A stretch of DNA of 64,000 nt, from the NCBI GenBank assembly GCA_963744145.1, contig CAVUSO010000001.1, positions 4,128,001-4,192,000 of the forward strand, given 5' to 3'. The notes under the pieces were generated by a model, which did no database searches, was not told the DNA's origin, and was given only the letters and a program-made list of their open reading frames with translations. Below are positions 17,950-29,895 of the stretch, one piece after another. Positions within the stretch are counted from its first letter, which is position 1, and each line of letters opens with the position of its first letter. The stretch comes from an uncultured cyanobacterium. Its GTDB lineage: Bacteria; Cyanobacteriota; Cyanobacteriia; Cyanobacteriales; CAWUOF01. Position numbers and translations under genes: made by a program.

Positions 17950-20790
17950 TTAACCTGATTGAACCTGAGCATTTAAAACTTTATTAATCCGATCGCGTAC
18001 TTCATCCAAATGCGCTTTGGTATAAATATCTGCACCTTTCCCATGTTTGAGTAATTTCTTGTCAATTGCTTTGCTTAATTCTCCCAACTGATAACGAGCT
18101 AAAGTTTCCGCATCAGCTGGTGCATCGATTTTTCTTAATACCAAACCAATCAAAATTTCCAAATGTTCACGCTGAATTGATCGACGAAAATTCGCGATTT
18201 GGATTACTTGGTGATTGTCTGACAAGACCTCACTCCAAATTCCCTGTTGCAGATTTGCAAATAACTCTGGTAAAGTCAATGCTTCACCAGGAGCATTCTT
18301 TAATTCTAAATCCTGTAAACGACTAAGACGTTCTGGTAACATCAATACTCGCAATATTATCCTTTGGACTAAAAAAATTCGCTCCCCAATTGGATAATCT
18401 AGCGGATTAATAGTCGGAAATTCTCCCCAATGATACCAACGTGATGGGGCTAATTTATTTAACAGATCTGGTGAAAAAACAAAAGCTTTTTCATCAAAAA
18501 TATATTTTTGTAATACTGTTAATGCTTCTCTCTGTTTGGAGAGTGACACTAACTGAAATGGTAATCTTGCATTTGGACTTCCAGCTCGATCGCGGTTAAA
18601 TAATTCTCCCCCAACATACTTAGTAATTAGCATAGCTTGGTTATAATAATAAAACAATACAAAGTCAAAAATTTCGCGCAGCTCACTATAACTTTCTTCG
18701 GTTTGGGGATAATACTGAGCCAGACGTAACCAAATTTCTTTAGCATTATCCATTTGCCATTGAGAATAAAGTAATATATTACTACTCAAGTCAAAGGTAT
18801 TCACCATCGGATCAAGAAAATCAACACTATCCTCATCTGTTGCATAAGCTAATTCTGGTTGAGATGACCGATCTGCGATCTCTTTCAATAAGCTTAACTG
18901 GGCGATCGGATTAGCTGAAGGAAATGGTTTATATCCATACTCGATCGCCCATTGATCATAAATACCAATCTGATTGGTAAAATAGTCTCCCTGGGTCACT
19001 CCGATCGGCGCTAAATTCACTCCATTATAATCCATTACTGAGCTAACTAAACCCTGAGCATGAGTGAGTTCTAGATTATTTAATTCCTCTGGTTTTAACA
19101 ATGTACTTCCATGAAAATTATGTCTTAATCCTAAGGTATGACCAACTTCATGGGCAATTAATTGACGCAAATACTGATTTATATATGTTTTCATCTCGTT
19201 GCTATCATGCGTCACATTCTGTAAAATATTTAAAGCGATCGCACTAAAAGCGAACTGATTAGTTGCATTCATGGTATAACAAATATCACCCGATTCTACC
19301 AGTTGGGAGGCAAAATTTGGATCTAAATTACTACTAGCTGCTGAACTTCCAATTCTGGTTTTATCTAGGAAGGAATCAGGAGTTGCACCGGATATAATTT
19401 GCTCTAAAGATGGTAACCCATAAAGATTACAACGATTAGCTAAGTTAGGGAATAAGAAAGAGTGTTGATTCGCTCGTTTTTGTTCAATTAATTGGTGATA
19501 TCCCTGCTTCATTAACCGGACGACATTACCATCAATAACAATATCTGCATCGACAATTTCTCCAGTGACTGGATTAACCCTAGATATACCAATTCCCAGG
19601 AAAGTCGGAGCTAAAGAGTAAGACCACCTGATCACATTATAACGCACATCAGCAGCATCCCATTTAGCATCATTGGGCATTTGTCGGGCTTCAATTGCAT
19701 TTAAAAAACCCACTTTTTCAAAAGCTTTATTCCAAGCTAATATACCCTCACGAAAAATCTCTCGATATTCTAGTGGTACAGTATTTTCAATCCAGAAGAC
19801 TATCGGTTTTTTTGGTGGAGATAGTGCTGCATTAGGGTCTTGCTTTTCTAAATCCCAACGATTAATATAGCGGACAAATGGCTCGGTGGCAGTGTCCGTC
19901 GAAAAATCTTGATAAGCTGTAATAAAATAGCCAATTCTTTCATCAGCAATCCGCGGACGATAAGCAGGATTTTGAGGAAGTTTGGATAAGCTATAATGGA
20001 CAGAAATATTGAAAGAACGAGAGTCAGCGAGAAAGGGAACTTCTACAGGAGGACTATCCCCTGAGAAACCATAAACAGATTCAATTTCTAGGTTGAGAGG
20101 AAAAGACTTGATCGTCCGAAAATAGGTTTTGTCACTATCGATATGATAGGATGAACCAAGTATAGATGCAAATCCAGGTAAATCTGTCAGTAATAGGTTT
20201 CCGAGATCGATGAGCAGACTTTTCCGTTGGGGATGAATGCTTTTAATCGGTAGAGAGGATAACACTGAATCGCTAAATGAGCTATTGATTGCTCGCGATC
20301 GCACTTCACTATTCTGAGCCCGAAAATATAAATTAGAAACGACAAATTGGACAGTTTGATTTACCCGACGGAAAGAAAACAAAAATTCGTTTACGGGTAA
20401 TCCTCTGATTAATCCTTCCCCCCCAAGACCCGATTCCATTGTCACCATATTTAGGTAACTCTGATTAAGTTGGTCTGGTTGAATTTCTAGGTAAACTTTC
20501 CCAGTTTCTTGCTGACGATATAGAGTAAATAATCCGGTTATTTTTTCAGTATTTTTAATTACTTCATCAAATGCTTGTAGTGCTGTTGGATCAGCAGTTT
20601 TATCTTTAGGATCGGTTGATAGTGATAATAGAGGTGCAGATTTCAAATCCCTTTTCAGCAGGAATTCGCTCTGTTTATGTTCGGTTGTCTGATTGCTATT
20701 TGGTTGAGCTGATAAATATTCTGGCTGAAAAGATGTACACTGAATAAAAACTAACAAAAATAGTAGTAGGAATTTTTTGATCTTTTTCAT
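17950..20790 (-). CDS. Exported zinc-dependent metalloprotease (DUF5117/DUF5118/EcxA-type)
   Basis: Signal peptide; PRIADERIGYF, KPIVFWIEN; metzincin motif HEVGHTLGLRHNF and Met-turn SSVMDY. Confidence 0.9.
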   Translation of the reverse strand: MKKIKKFLLLFLLVFIQCTSFQPEYLSAQPNSNQTTEHKQSEFLLKRDLKSAPLLSLSTDPKDKTADPTALQAFDEVIKNTEKITGLFTLYRQQETGKVYLEIQPDQLNQSYLNMVTMESGLGGEGLIRGLPVNEFLFSFRRVNQTVQFVVSNLYFRAQNSEVRSRAINSSFSDSVLSSLPIKSIHPQRKSLLIDLGNLLLTDLPGFASILGSSYHIDSDKTYFRTIKSFPLNLEIESVYGFSGDSPPVEVPFLADSRSFNISVHYSLSKLPQNPAYRPRIADERIGYFITAYQDFSTDTATEPFVRYINRWDLEKQDPNAALSPPKKPIVFWIENTVPLEYREIFREGILAWNKAFEKVGFLNAIEARQMPNDAKWDAADVRYNVIRWSYSLAPTFLGIGISRVNPVTGEIVDADIVIDGNVVRLMKQGYHQLIEQKRANQHSFLFPNLANRCNLYGLPSLEQIISGATPDSFLDKTRIGSSAASSNLDPNFASQLVESGDICYTMNATNQFAFSAIALNILQNVTHDSNEMKTYINQYLRQLIAHEVGHTLGLRHNFHGSTLLKPEELNNLELTHAQGLVSSVMDYNGVNLAPIGVTQGDYFTNQIGIYDQWAIEYGYKPFPSANPIAQLSLLKEIADRSSQPELAYATDEDSVDFLDPMVNTFDLSSNILLYSQWQMDNAKEIWLRLAQYYPQTEESYSELREIFDFVLFYYYNQAMLITKYVGGELFNRDRAGSPNARLPFQLVSLSKQREALTVLQKYIFDEKAFVFSPDLLNKLAPSRWYHWGEFPTINPLDYPIGERIFLVQRIILRVLMLPERLSRLQDLELKNAPGEALTLPELFANLQQGIWSEVLSDNHQVIQIANFRRSIQREHLEILIGLVLRKIDAPADAETLARYQLGELSKAIDKKLLKHGKGADIYTKAHLDEVRDRINKVLNAQVQSG

Positions 20791-20817
20791 CTTCGATTTA
20801 GAACATATCGGTAAGAT

Positions 20818-22578
20818 CTAGTTTACCTGAATATCAAAACCTAAAATTTGCCTAACTGGACCTACCTGATTAGGTTCAGGGAAAATATTAGGGGGATAGG
20901 AATTAATCCCAAAAGTTTTTACTGATAGAGTCTGACCATCAGCACTTACATCTAATGTAACATAGTTAAAGGTATCTGGAGAATAAAAATCGATTGGTTG
21001 TCGTAATCGATCAGCATACTGGTCATCTTCTCGGAAGACATTTTTTAACCCAGGATGTGCTGGATCTAAACCAAAGGGATTAATCCCCTTACTTTTTTGA
21101 GCAGTAATTAATTTATCTACTGTCAGTTTCAGATTACTAAAACTATGATCAAGGAACACATTAGGTCCATCAGCACCAATCGGTCCATCTACAATTGTAA
21201 ATGCTTTAGGTAAAACTCTTTTAGTACCATTGTGATCTAAATAAGTTAACTCATTAACTCGATTTTGATGATCATCAGTGGTCAGAAAAACTACATTTTC
21301 AATTCGCTGATCAGCAATATATTGGAGTAAATCATTACGTTCTGCTCGATAACCACCCATCCAAGATTTACCCCCATCATCACCAGTTTCATCAATTGGT
21401 GATGAAATCGCAATAAATTTCCAAATTACCCCTTTTGTCTGAGCATTTGTTAGGGTTTGCTTTAACCAGTTTAGTTGAGTTTTCCCTAACATAGTGCGCT
21501 GCGGATTATCTGCGCGAATACCAGTATCATCTTTATGATTTGCTGTTTTTAGTCGAATATCTCGATAGGAGCGATCGTCTACATTAATTAATATCGCATT
21601 TGCTCCCCATGGTTGAGCAAAATATAATTGTAATGTGCCATTAATGAGCGGATCATTATCGGCTTTAATGATTTTTTCCCGAATGGGTTGATAGTCGCTA
21701 TATGCTTGAACTAATAATTTAAACCCAGGTGTTTTATTGATATACTGAGCAGTATTATTAACATCATTGCTCTGATTAGCCGCATCTACACCTGCACCTT
21801 GAGGATTACCTGGGGCAGCACCTCCATTAATAAATTGTTTATTACCTAATTCATGGTTATCTAACAAAGTATAGTTACCTTGACTAGCAAAGAAACTTTG
21901 GAGACTAGGGAAACCACCTGGATTAACTGGCTGTATATTTTCTCGATATTTCCGATGGTAATCTATTAATGCTTGTTTAGGATCAGTGAAAGGATCGCTC
22001 GCAGCCGGAGACATTTTAGCATCAGTTTCATAAATTGTATCACCTAGAAAAATGAAAAAATCTAATTGCTGTTGATTAATATCTTTAGTTAAAGGATAAG
22101 GTCTCCATCTTGCATCAGTATCACCGCTAAAAGCAAAATGTAAAGGAACTTTATCGGTATCATGAGGAGCGGTTTTAAAAGTTCCGACTTGGCTCATTTC
22201 TCCCCGAGGAGCGACAAAGCGATAGTAATAGCGGGTATTACTTTGTAAACCAGTATCATCAATTTTGATAATATAGTCTCTTGCCGGTTGAGATTGAGTA
22301 TTAATTGACTGTTGAATATGCTTAAATTCAGGATCAGTAGCAACCTGGGCGATCGCTTTACTCTTGATACCTGTATTAGTTTTACTCCTGACCATCCTTG
22401 TCCATAAAATCACACTATTTTCGGTTGCATCTCCTGCTGCAACAGCGTTAAAAATTATTCGGGGATGCTTGAGCATACCCTGTGCCCGATCGATTGACCC
22501 TATGGTCCCAGGGATTAATATCAATAATAATATTATGATCTGAAACCGGAATTGCCAGAAAGTTTTTTTGCTCATCAC
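20818..22578 (-). CDS. PhoD-like alkaline phosphatase/phosphodiesterase
   Basis: VAAGD..VILWTR, FLGDTIYE, DNHE, DDRSYRD, TMLGKTQLNWLK, FLTTDDH. Confidence 0.88.
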   Translation of the reverse strand: MMSKKTFWQFRFQIIILLLILIPGTIGSIDRAQGMLKHPRIIFNAVAAGDATENSVILWTRMVRSKTNTGIKSKAIAQVATDPEFKHIQQSINTQSQPARDYIIKIDDTGLQSNTRYYYRFVAPRGEMSQVGTFKTAPHDTDKVPLHFAFSGDTDARWRPYPLTKDINQQQLDFFIFLGDTIYETDAKMSPAASDPFTDPKQALIDYHRKYRENIQPVNPGGFPSLQSFFASQGNYTLLDNHELGNKQFINGGAAPGNPQGAGVDAANQSNDVNNTAQYINKTPGFKLLVQAYSDYQPIREKIIKADNDPLINGTLQLYFAQPWGANAILINVDDRSYRDIRLKTANHKDDTGIRADNPQRTMLGKTQLNWLKQTLTNAQTKGVIWKFIAISSPIDETGDDGGKSWMGGYRAERNDLLQYIADQRIENVVFLTTDDHQNRVNELTYLDHNGTKRVLPKAFTIVDGPIGADGPNVFLDHSFSNLKLTVDKLITAQKSKGINPFGLDPAHPGLKNVFREDDQYADRLRQPIDFYSPDTFNYVTLDVSADGQTLSVKTFGINSYPPNIFPEPNQVGPVRQILGFDIQVN

Positions 22579-22603
22579 TCAACCTTACCAAAATATCATT
22601 AGT

Positions 22604-25600
22604 TCACTTTTTGAGGGGCCAAGAAATACTATTGTCTTGGGCTAAATACTGAGAAATACTATAAGCACCATAACGATTCAGGTGACTAGGATCAGTAAAA
22701 AAGTCGTTTTGATTTAGCCAGATTTGAGATAAATCTCGAAACCTAAATCCTTTTTCTAGGGCAAGTTGAAACATATATTTAGTAAACATTTTTTCATATT
22801 CCATGCGGGAAGAATCTAAGTAATCTTGAGTAAGTGGGAGGTTAATAAAAAGCACTGGAATGCGATGGGTTTGGGTGAAATCTAGAAAAGAAATAAAAGC
22901 AGATTCTTGTTTTCCTTCTAGTCGGAAAAATTGATAATCTCCATCATAGTCACCCGAAACGCGCGGGTGCATCTGATAATAAGTTGCTGGTTCAAATCTG
23001 ATGGATATTGGTAAAAATCCATTTATATCTATACTCTGATCTGATACCTGCTGCTGATTTTGCCAATTGACAGTTTCATCATTAGTTGGTATTCCTTGCC
23101 ATGAGGAAGAAATGCTCGAATCGGATTTCTCATTTTCTGGAGATAATAAGATTGGATCAGACTGATTCCACTTTGATAAATTTTCACTCAAAGCATTTTT
23201 TAGGCGATCGCGTTGAGGATAACTTTGGGAAACGGAACCAGCTAGGTTATTAATTTTCTCATTCCAATTCCGATAATTAGCCGTCATTGAACTTAAGGGA
23301 ACTTCTGCTGCTGGTTTAGCACCTGGTTCACTCAATAAATTGGTGGAATTTGCTGGTTTTGGTTCGATCGCTATTTTTTGATCTGTTCTTGAAGCCAATT
23401 CTTTATAACCGTCAGAAACTGCGATCGCATTATAAGTAACATCAATCCGACCACTATTAAATGCTCTGGCTCCATCTGCCCAAATAATCATTTTTGGTAA
23501 CTGTTCTGGTGGCAAAATTTGACGAATTAGCAAATCTACCACTTGTGCAGTCGCGCCATTAATGCCAAAGTTAAAGATATCCATATTTGGATATCCAGCT
23601 CTAGCTAAAGATGTTTGTAAAGCGACTGGATCGATCCCACGGATAGCCCGAGAACTACCAACAATTAAAATATCGGGAGGTCCACTTTGAGCGATCCGTT
23701 GTTGATACAAGGCTAATTTTTCATCTAATTGACTACTTTTAAAAGTTCGATAAGGCGATCGAGCTGCGGCTAAAATTGCGCTTTGAGTAGCACTAGGTAA
23801 TAAAGGAGAAGCTACCAATGTCGATACTTCCGGTTTAGCTAACTCCTTCGTGGTGGCAATTGGGCTTTTTTTAGCAGGATTTTGGCGCTGGGTAATGACT
23901 AATTCATTTCCTGGTTTAGCAAACTCCGAAGAATTGAAAATCCGGTGATTATCTTCTTTGAATTTTTGTAATGATCCCGGAGGCAATTCTAAATTTTGCT
24001 TAATGTTTCGGTCTTGATTAGCTAAACTTGGAGTGTTTATTGTTTTCTGAGCAAAATTTTGGTCACAATGCTCTGCTCCTAAACAAGCAGTCAGCGCTTC
24101 CTTGGGAGTCTGATTATTTTTAAAGATCATTTGGGCGATCAACCAATCAACCTGGACTGTCAGCAATACTCCGACAATTGCCCAAACAATTGCCACTTGC
24201 GGATGATTAACCATCCCCTGACCTTCTAATTTAGACTTGCTGACATGACGTGGAATAATATTTTGGTCAGCAGGAACAAACAATTGAGTTCGCAGTAACA
24301 TTACCTGAAATGCTTGCACCAGGGTAGAAGTAGGATTTTTTTTCCCTTTTTTGTCTGTGGGCGATCGCTCCGGAGTTAATACTGGGTGCATCACCAATTC
24401 CCCAGTCCGGATATGTAAAAATTCTTCTAAATCGTTAGTATGTGTCGCTGCAAATTCGGGAATTGGTTCGGTCACTTTGGTTGAGGTTCCACCAAAATCA
24501 AAACCATATTTCCAGAGCGGTTGTTTGGCTCCAGCACGACGACCATAGATCCGCACACCAGCAATTCCGGGAATTTCTAAACTCTGAAGAAATTTCGTAA
24601 TCGGAAGAGTAACTTGATCTTCGGACCGGACAAACTGGGGCTTCGCTCATGATGTGCCACAGGTTTTCTTTCCGCAGGATTAAAATGCGAATCCCACCAG
24701 TATTTAATTTGTGATCAATATTAGGATTAAGTAACCGATCTAGCAAAAATGTGAGGGCTTCCTGATGACCAGTTTTTGCTAATTGTCGGGTAGACATCGC
24801 TTTTTCCGGTTGATCAGCAGCAGGGAGATTGAGCCATTCAATCCAAGCAGGTACTTCTTCTGGAAAAGCGGAATTAGGAATTGAGAAGTTTAATTTTTTA
24901 TGAGTTGCGTTAGTTTTACCTGAGATCCCATAAATAGTAGCTGCTTGCATTCCTTGGGGCGCGATCGCCATCAAAATTGGGGTAATAATGGCGACAATTT
25001 TTTGCTGATCGGGAGTCCGAGGTAAGGATGGTAGGGCACTACAACATAAATGTAGCGTTGATTCTTTCATGACTGCCCGGACTTCTACCTGTTCAGCCGC
25101 CAACTTTTGATTGAGTAAACGGGCGATCGCCTGACCATCCCCCCAACTTGCCCAATTGTTCAACATTTGATCAGGAGGAGTCAGATCCACGCGCAGAATC
25201 CAGTCTGGGACTGTTTCTCCTGTTACCTGATATAAAATGGCTGCATCATAGAAACCTTCTAGTTTCAGATCCCGCAACCTTTGGGCAATGGGTTCAGCGA
25301 CTAACAGGGGATCAGGACTATAAGCGGAGGAACAGAAGACCCAAAGCCGATTGAGGATGGTTTTACTTTGGTGATTTTCTAATCCTTTCACCTCAGTGCG
25401 GACTTTAACCGCGACTCCGAGTTCACTGAGGACTTCACTTAAATATAAGGCGATCGCTGAGGGTATACCAGCTTGAGCTAATTTCCTCTGATCAATCTGG
25501 GGAAGATCTGGAGGATTAACTTGAGAGTGATCAACAACAACATCTGTTTCCAGTCGAGATAACTCCTGAGCAACAAACCGTGATAGAGCGGACTGATCTG

Positions 25601-26000
25601 GTTTTGCTGGTGACAATTCCGGGGAACTCATCGACAAGAATATTTTCGAGTCCGGACCTGCAACTTTCAGATTTTCTGCTACCAGATGTAATTGATTCAG
25701 GTCAATTCCCAAAGACCAATCTGGGTTTTCTTGTCCGAGCCGCCGACCATAGATAAATATCTGATAAATCACCGCGTGATCTGCTGGGAGCAGCAGCATT
25801 AAATTGGTCACCTCAAGAGCTTTAACCAGACGAGTCACTACAATCTTGCGATCGGGACATTGAACACCTTCACAGAGAATATGGAGGTTATTGCCCCGCC
25901 ACCGGACTTGGATCTGGGTATGAGGAAGTCCAATCGCTTTTTCAGTCCACTGAATCAAGCGGGAACGATTGATTGGCGGGGCATTTTCTACCTTTAACAT
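22604..26000 (-). CDS. Large membrane-anchored protein with a C-terminal SGNH-like (DUF1574-type) domain; split by a +1 indel at ~24626
   Basis: Removing one base joins ...EAPVCP to SEDQVTLPITKFLQSLEIPGIAGVRIYGRRAG. C-terminal motifs VGSSR, NFGING and DPSHLN. Confidence 0.75.
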
Positions 26001-26111
26001 CTCCAGTCCTGCTAAATGATCTTGCTGAGATAACTAATTATGTCTTTTATGGATAACATACCCTGACAATAGTTTGGCATAGTTAAGCTATTGAAATTTT
26101 TAACTGAGCCT

Positions 26112-26369
26112 ATGTCACCTTCTAGGAAAAAATTACCAGAAACCGAGTCAGAACAATTGCTGTTTGGCATCATCTCTGCGGAAATTTTGGTCAGTGTCTG
26201 TACTGCACCCTTCTTAATTTGTTGGTGTGGAAGTAATACAATTAAAGACTGGTTGCAAGAAATTGGTCAAACAAGTGAAGAATTGTTTCGAGGCAATCGT
26301 CTCCCGGTTCTGAATTTTCCCAATCAAGCCCCAGACTCTCAACCCCAAGCAAATCGAATCGATAGTTAA
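26112..26369 (+). CDS. Small hypothetical protein upstream of ppc
   Basis: 85-aa ORF from the ATG at 26112 with a protein-like C-terminal motif IGQTSEELFRGNRLPVL; co-oriented with ppc. Confidence 0.65.
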   Translation: MSPSRKKLPETESEQLLFGIISAEILVSVCTAPFLICWCGSNTIKDWLQEIGQTSEELFRGNRLPVLNFPNQAPDSQPQANRIDS

Positions 26370-26430
26370 ATAGCTAACTATCAAATTTACCCTCTAAAAT
26401 TATTCAGTATCGCCGCGAGTATGTAAAACT

Positions 26431-29400
26431 ATGAGTTCGGTACTCCAATCGTCAAATCGGGAAATCGTCACATCATCTACATCAGATTTATTTTTGCGCC
26501 ATCGACTCAAAGTTGTGGAGGACCTATGGGAATCGGTTCTCAGACAAGAGTGTGGTCAGGAATTAGTGGATCTGCTCAATCAATTGCGTGATTTAGGGTC
26601 ACCAGAAGGACAAGCTGCTCAATTTAAAGAATCTGAGGTCCGTCTAATTGTCGAAAAATTAGACCTGAATGCGGCTATCCGCGCTTCGAGGGCTTTTGCT
26701 CTATATTTCCAGCTGATCAATATTATTGAACAGCGTTACGAACAGCGTCATCAACACCAAGCCCAAACCAATATCAATAGCGCTAATTTTAATTTCTCCT
26801 CAGACAATACTTACCCAGAATTGTCGAGTCCAGGAGAAGTGGCCCAACCTGTGGTGCCTGGGGCGGATATGCTGGAAAAAACTCTGCAATCTAAACCCGC
26901 ATCGAAGCGACAGATGGGTACATTTCAATGGCTATTTCCCCACTTACGTCATCTAAATGTCCCACCACAACAAATCGAGCGGTTAATTAAAAATCTTGAT
27001 GTCCGCTTAGTGTTTACAGCTCACCCCACCGAAATTGTTCGTCATACTATTCGTGATAAGCAGCGTCGGATTGCGAAAATTTTACAGCAGCTCGATCAGG
27101 TCGAAGAAGAACTTCAGTCCGTGGGTTTGGTCTCTTCCTGGGAATCGATCGCTCTGGTTGAGCAGTTGACAGAAGAAATTCGGCTCTGGTGGCGCACTGA
27201 TGAACTCCATCAGTTTAAACCAACGGTACTCGATGAGGTAGATTATACCCTCCACTATTTCCAAGAGGTGCTGTTTGATGCTGTACCGAAGCTTTATCAG
27301 CGTCTGAAAGTGTCTCTTTACAATTCCTTTCCCTATCTCTCTCCCCCTCGCTATAATTTTTGTAAGTTTGGCTCTTGGGTTGGCTCCGATCGCGATGGTA
27401 ATCCCTCGGTTACCCCCCAAGTTACCTGGCAAACCGCTTGTTATCAACGTAATTTGGTCTTAGAAAAATACTGTCAGTCGGTGCGATCGCTGATTGAGTT
27501 GTTAAGTCTATCCCTCCACTGGAGTGATGTATTACCGGAATTGCTCGACTCCTTGGAACAAGATCGGGTCAAAATGCCTGAGATTTATGAAAAATTAGCA
27601 ATTCGTTATCGGCAAGAACCCTATCGGTTAAAGCTAGCTTACATCCTGAAGCGGTTGGAAAATACTCGCGATCGCAATTGGCGTTTTTACACGGGGGAAG
27701 TTCAGCAACGGGAACTAACAGAGACAGAACCAGTTTCGATTTATCAGACTGGCATTGAGTTTTTAACGGAGTTAGAACTAATTAAACGTACTCTGACCGA
27801 AACTGGTCTAAGTTGTAGTGATTTAGAAAATCTGATTTGTCAGGTCCAAATCTATGGTTTTAACTTAGCTCATTTAGATATTCGTCAAGAGTCTTCCCAC
27901 CATTCGGACGCTTTTAATGAAATTACTGAATACTTGCAAATTTTACCTCGTTCTTACAGTAATTTAAACGAGTCAGAGCGAGTTGAGTGGCTGGTGCAGG
28001 AACTCCAAACCAGAACGTCCTTTAATTCCGGCTGAATTACCTTTCTCGGCTAAAACTTGCGAGACGATTGAAACCTTGCGGATCGTGCGGCAGATGCAAC
28101 AAGAGTTTGGTCATGATCTCTGCCAAACTTATATTATCAGCATGAGCCATGATGTCAGTGATTTGCTGGAAGTATTGCTGTTAGCTAAGGAAGCTGGTCT
28201 TTATGATCCAGCGACAGGAGTTGGTACACTCCAAGTCGTACCTCTATTTGAAACGGTGGAAGACTTAAAACGTGCCCCAGAAGTCATGCAGGCTTTGTTT
28301 AAGTTACCTTTGTATCGGACTTTATTAGCTGGTAGCTACTCGACTGAATCTAAACCATTAACCTCTTTGTTTACTCCTAATTTACAAGAGGTGATGTTAG
28401 GTTATTCAGATAGCAATAAAGATTCTGGTTTTCTCAGTAGTAATTGGGAAATTCACAAAGCCCAAAAAGCTCTCCATGTCATTGCTGAATCTTATGGGAT
28501 CTCGTTACGCATCTTCCATGGACGTGGTGGGTCGGTGGGTCGAGGTGGCGGCCCAGCCTATGAGGCGATTTTAGCTCAACCAGGTCGCAGTATTAATGGT
28601 CGAGTCAAAATTACTGAACAGGGAGAGGTGTTGGCTTCTAAATATACTTTGCCAGATCTAGCTCTCTTTAATCTGGAAAGTATTACTACCGCAGTCATTC
28701 AAGCAAGTTTGCTGGGTAGTGGGTTTGATGATATCCAACCTTGGAATGAAATCATGGAGGAATTGTCGAACCGATCGCGTGTTCACTATCGGGCCCTGAT
28801 TTACGAACAGTCTGATTTTATCGATTTTTTCCATCAAGTTACTCCCATTGAAGAAATTAGCCAATTGCAAATTTCTTCTCGTCCGGCTCGTCGTCGTGGT
28901 GGTAAAAAAGATTTAACCAGTCTACGTGCTATTCCCTGGGTGTTTAGCTGGACCCAAACTCGCTTTTTGCTACCCGCTTGGTATGGTGTCGGTACTGCTC
29001 TCCAAGACTTTTTGGATCAGGAACCGGAAGAACACTTGAAGTTGTTACGTTATTTTTACTTAAAGTGGCCATTTTTCAAAATGGTCATTTCTAAGGTAGA
29101 AATGACTTTATCTAAGGTAGATTTGCAAATTGCTCACCACTATGTGTGCGAATTGTCCGCAGCCGAAGACCAAAACCGTTTTCAAGCTCTGTTTGAACAA
29201 ATTGCCCAAGAGTACCATCTGATCTGTGGTTTGGTCTTAAATATTACTGGGCATAAACGGCTGTTGGATGGAGACCCAGATCTACAGCGTTCTGTTCAGT
29301 TACGCAATGGGACAATTGTTCCCCTCGGATTGTTGCAGGTTTCTCTGTTAAAACGTTTGCGCTATTATGGAGCCCATGCCAATCCTGGTGGGATTAATTC

Positions 29401-29482
29401 TCGTTATAGTCGCGGCGAGTTACTCCGTGGTGCTTTGCTGACAATTAATGGGATTGCCGCCGGAATGCGTAATACGGGTTAA
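26431..29482 (+). CDS. ppc: Phosphoenolpyruvate carboxylase; split by a +1 indel at ~28014
   Basis: [45 protein letters not shown] and terminal GMRNTG. Deleting one A from AGAACGT restores ELQTRRPLIP. Confidence 0.97.
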
Positions 29483-29527
29483 TCGGACAGGCAAGGTTAA
29501 TCGGACAGGCAAGATGCCTGTCCCACA
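29477..29527. repeat. 18-bp tandem duplication followed by a REP-like palindrome
   Basis: GGTTAATCGGACAGGCAA twice (29477-29494, 29495-29512); stem GGACAGGC-AAGAT-GCCTGTCC at 29503-29523. Confidence 0.8.
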
Positions 29528-29541
29528 GCCCTAAGCTGATT

Positions 29542-29609
29542 GCTAATAGTTAGTTAATCACTAAAAATATTCAGGGTTTTTCTTTTTTAGTTGGTTATTA
29601 GCTATTAGC
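29542..29609. terminator. Long imperfect AT-rich hairpin downstream of ppc
   Basis: GCTAATAGTTAGT..ACTAAAAA pairs with TTTTTAGT..ATTAGCTATTAGC. Confidence 0.45.
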
Positions 29610-29895
29610 AATTATTTATTGATTCAGACAAGAATTTTTAGTTTCAAACCATTGATGGAATTTTGACCGGATGAGGGGCGAGTGCCTCTTTCCGATCCGC
29701 GTAAAAATGTATTAGCATATAAAAAATACCCTTTCCTTCTATTTAACATTTGGTGCATAAAGTTCTGTGTTGATTGCCTTTCATAATCCGGATGATTATG
29801 ATTTTAAAAAGGTATATCCGGATCTTAAATAATTTAGTCTGGCCGACATGGGTGTGATTACCGTTATCTGACATGAGTGTATAGAGAGACAACCT

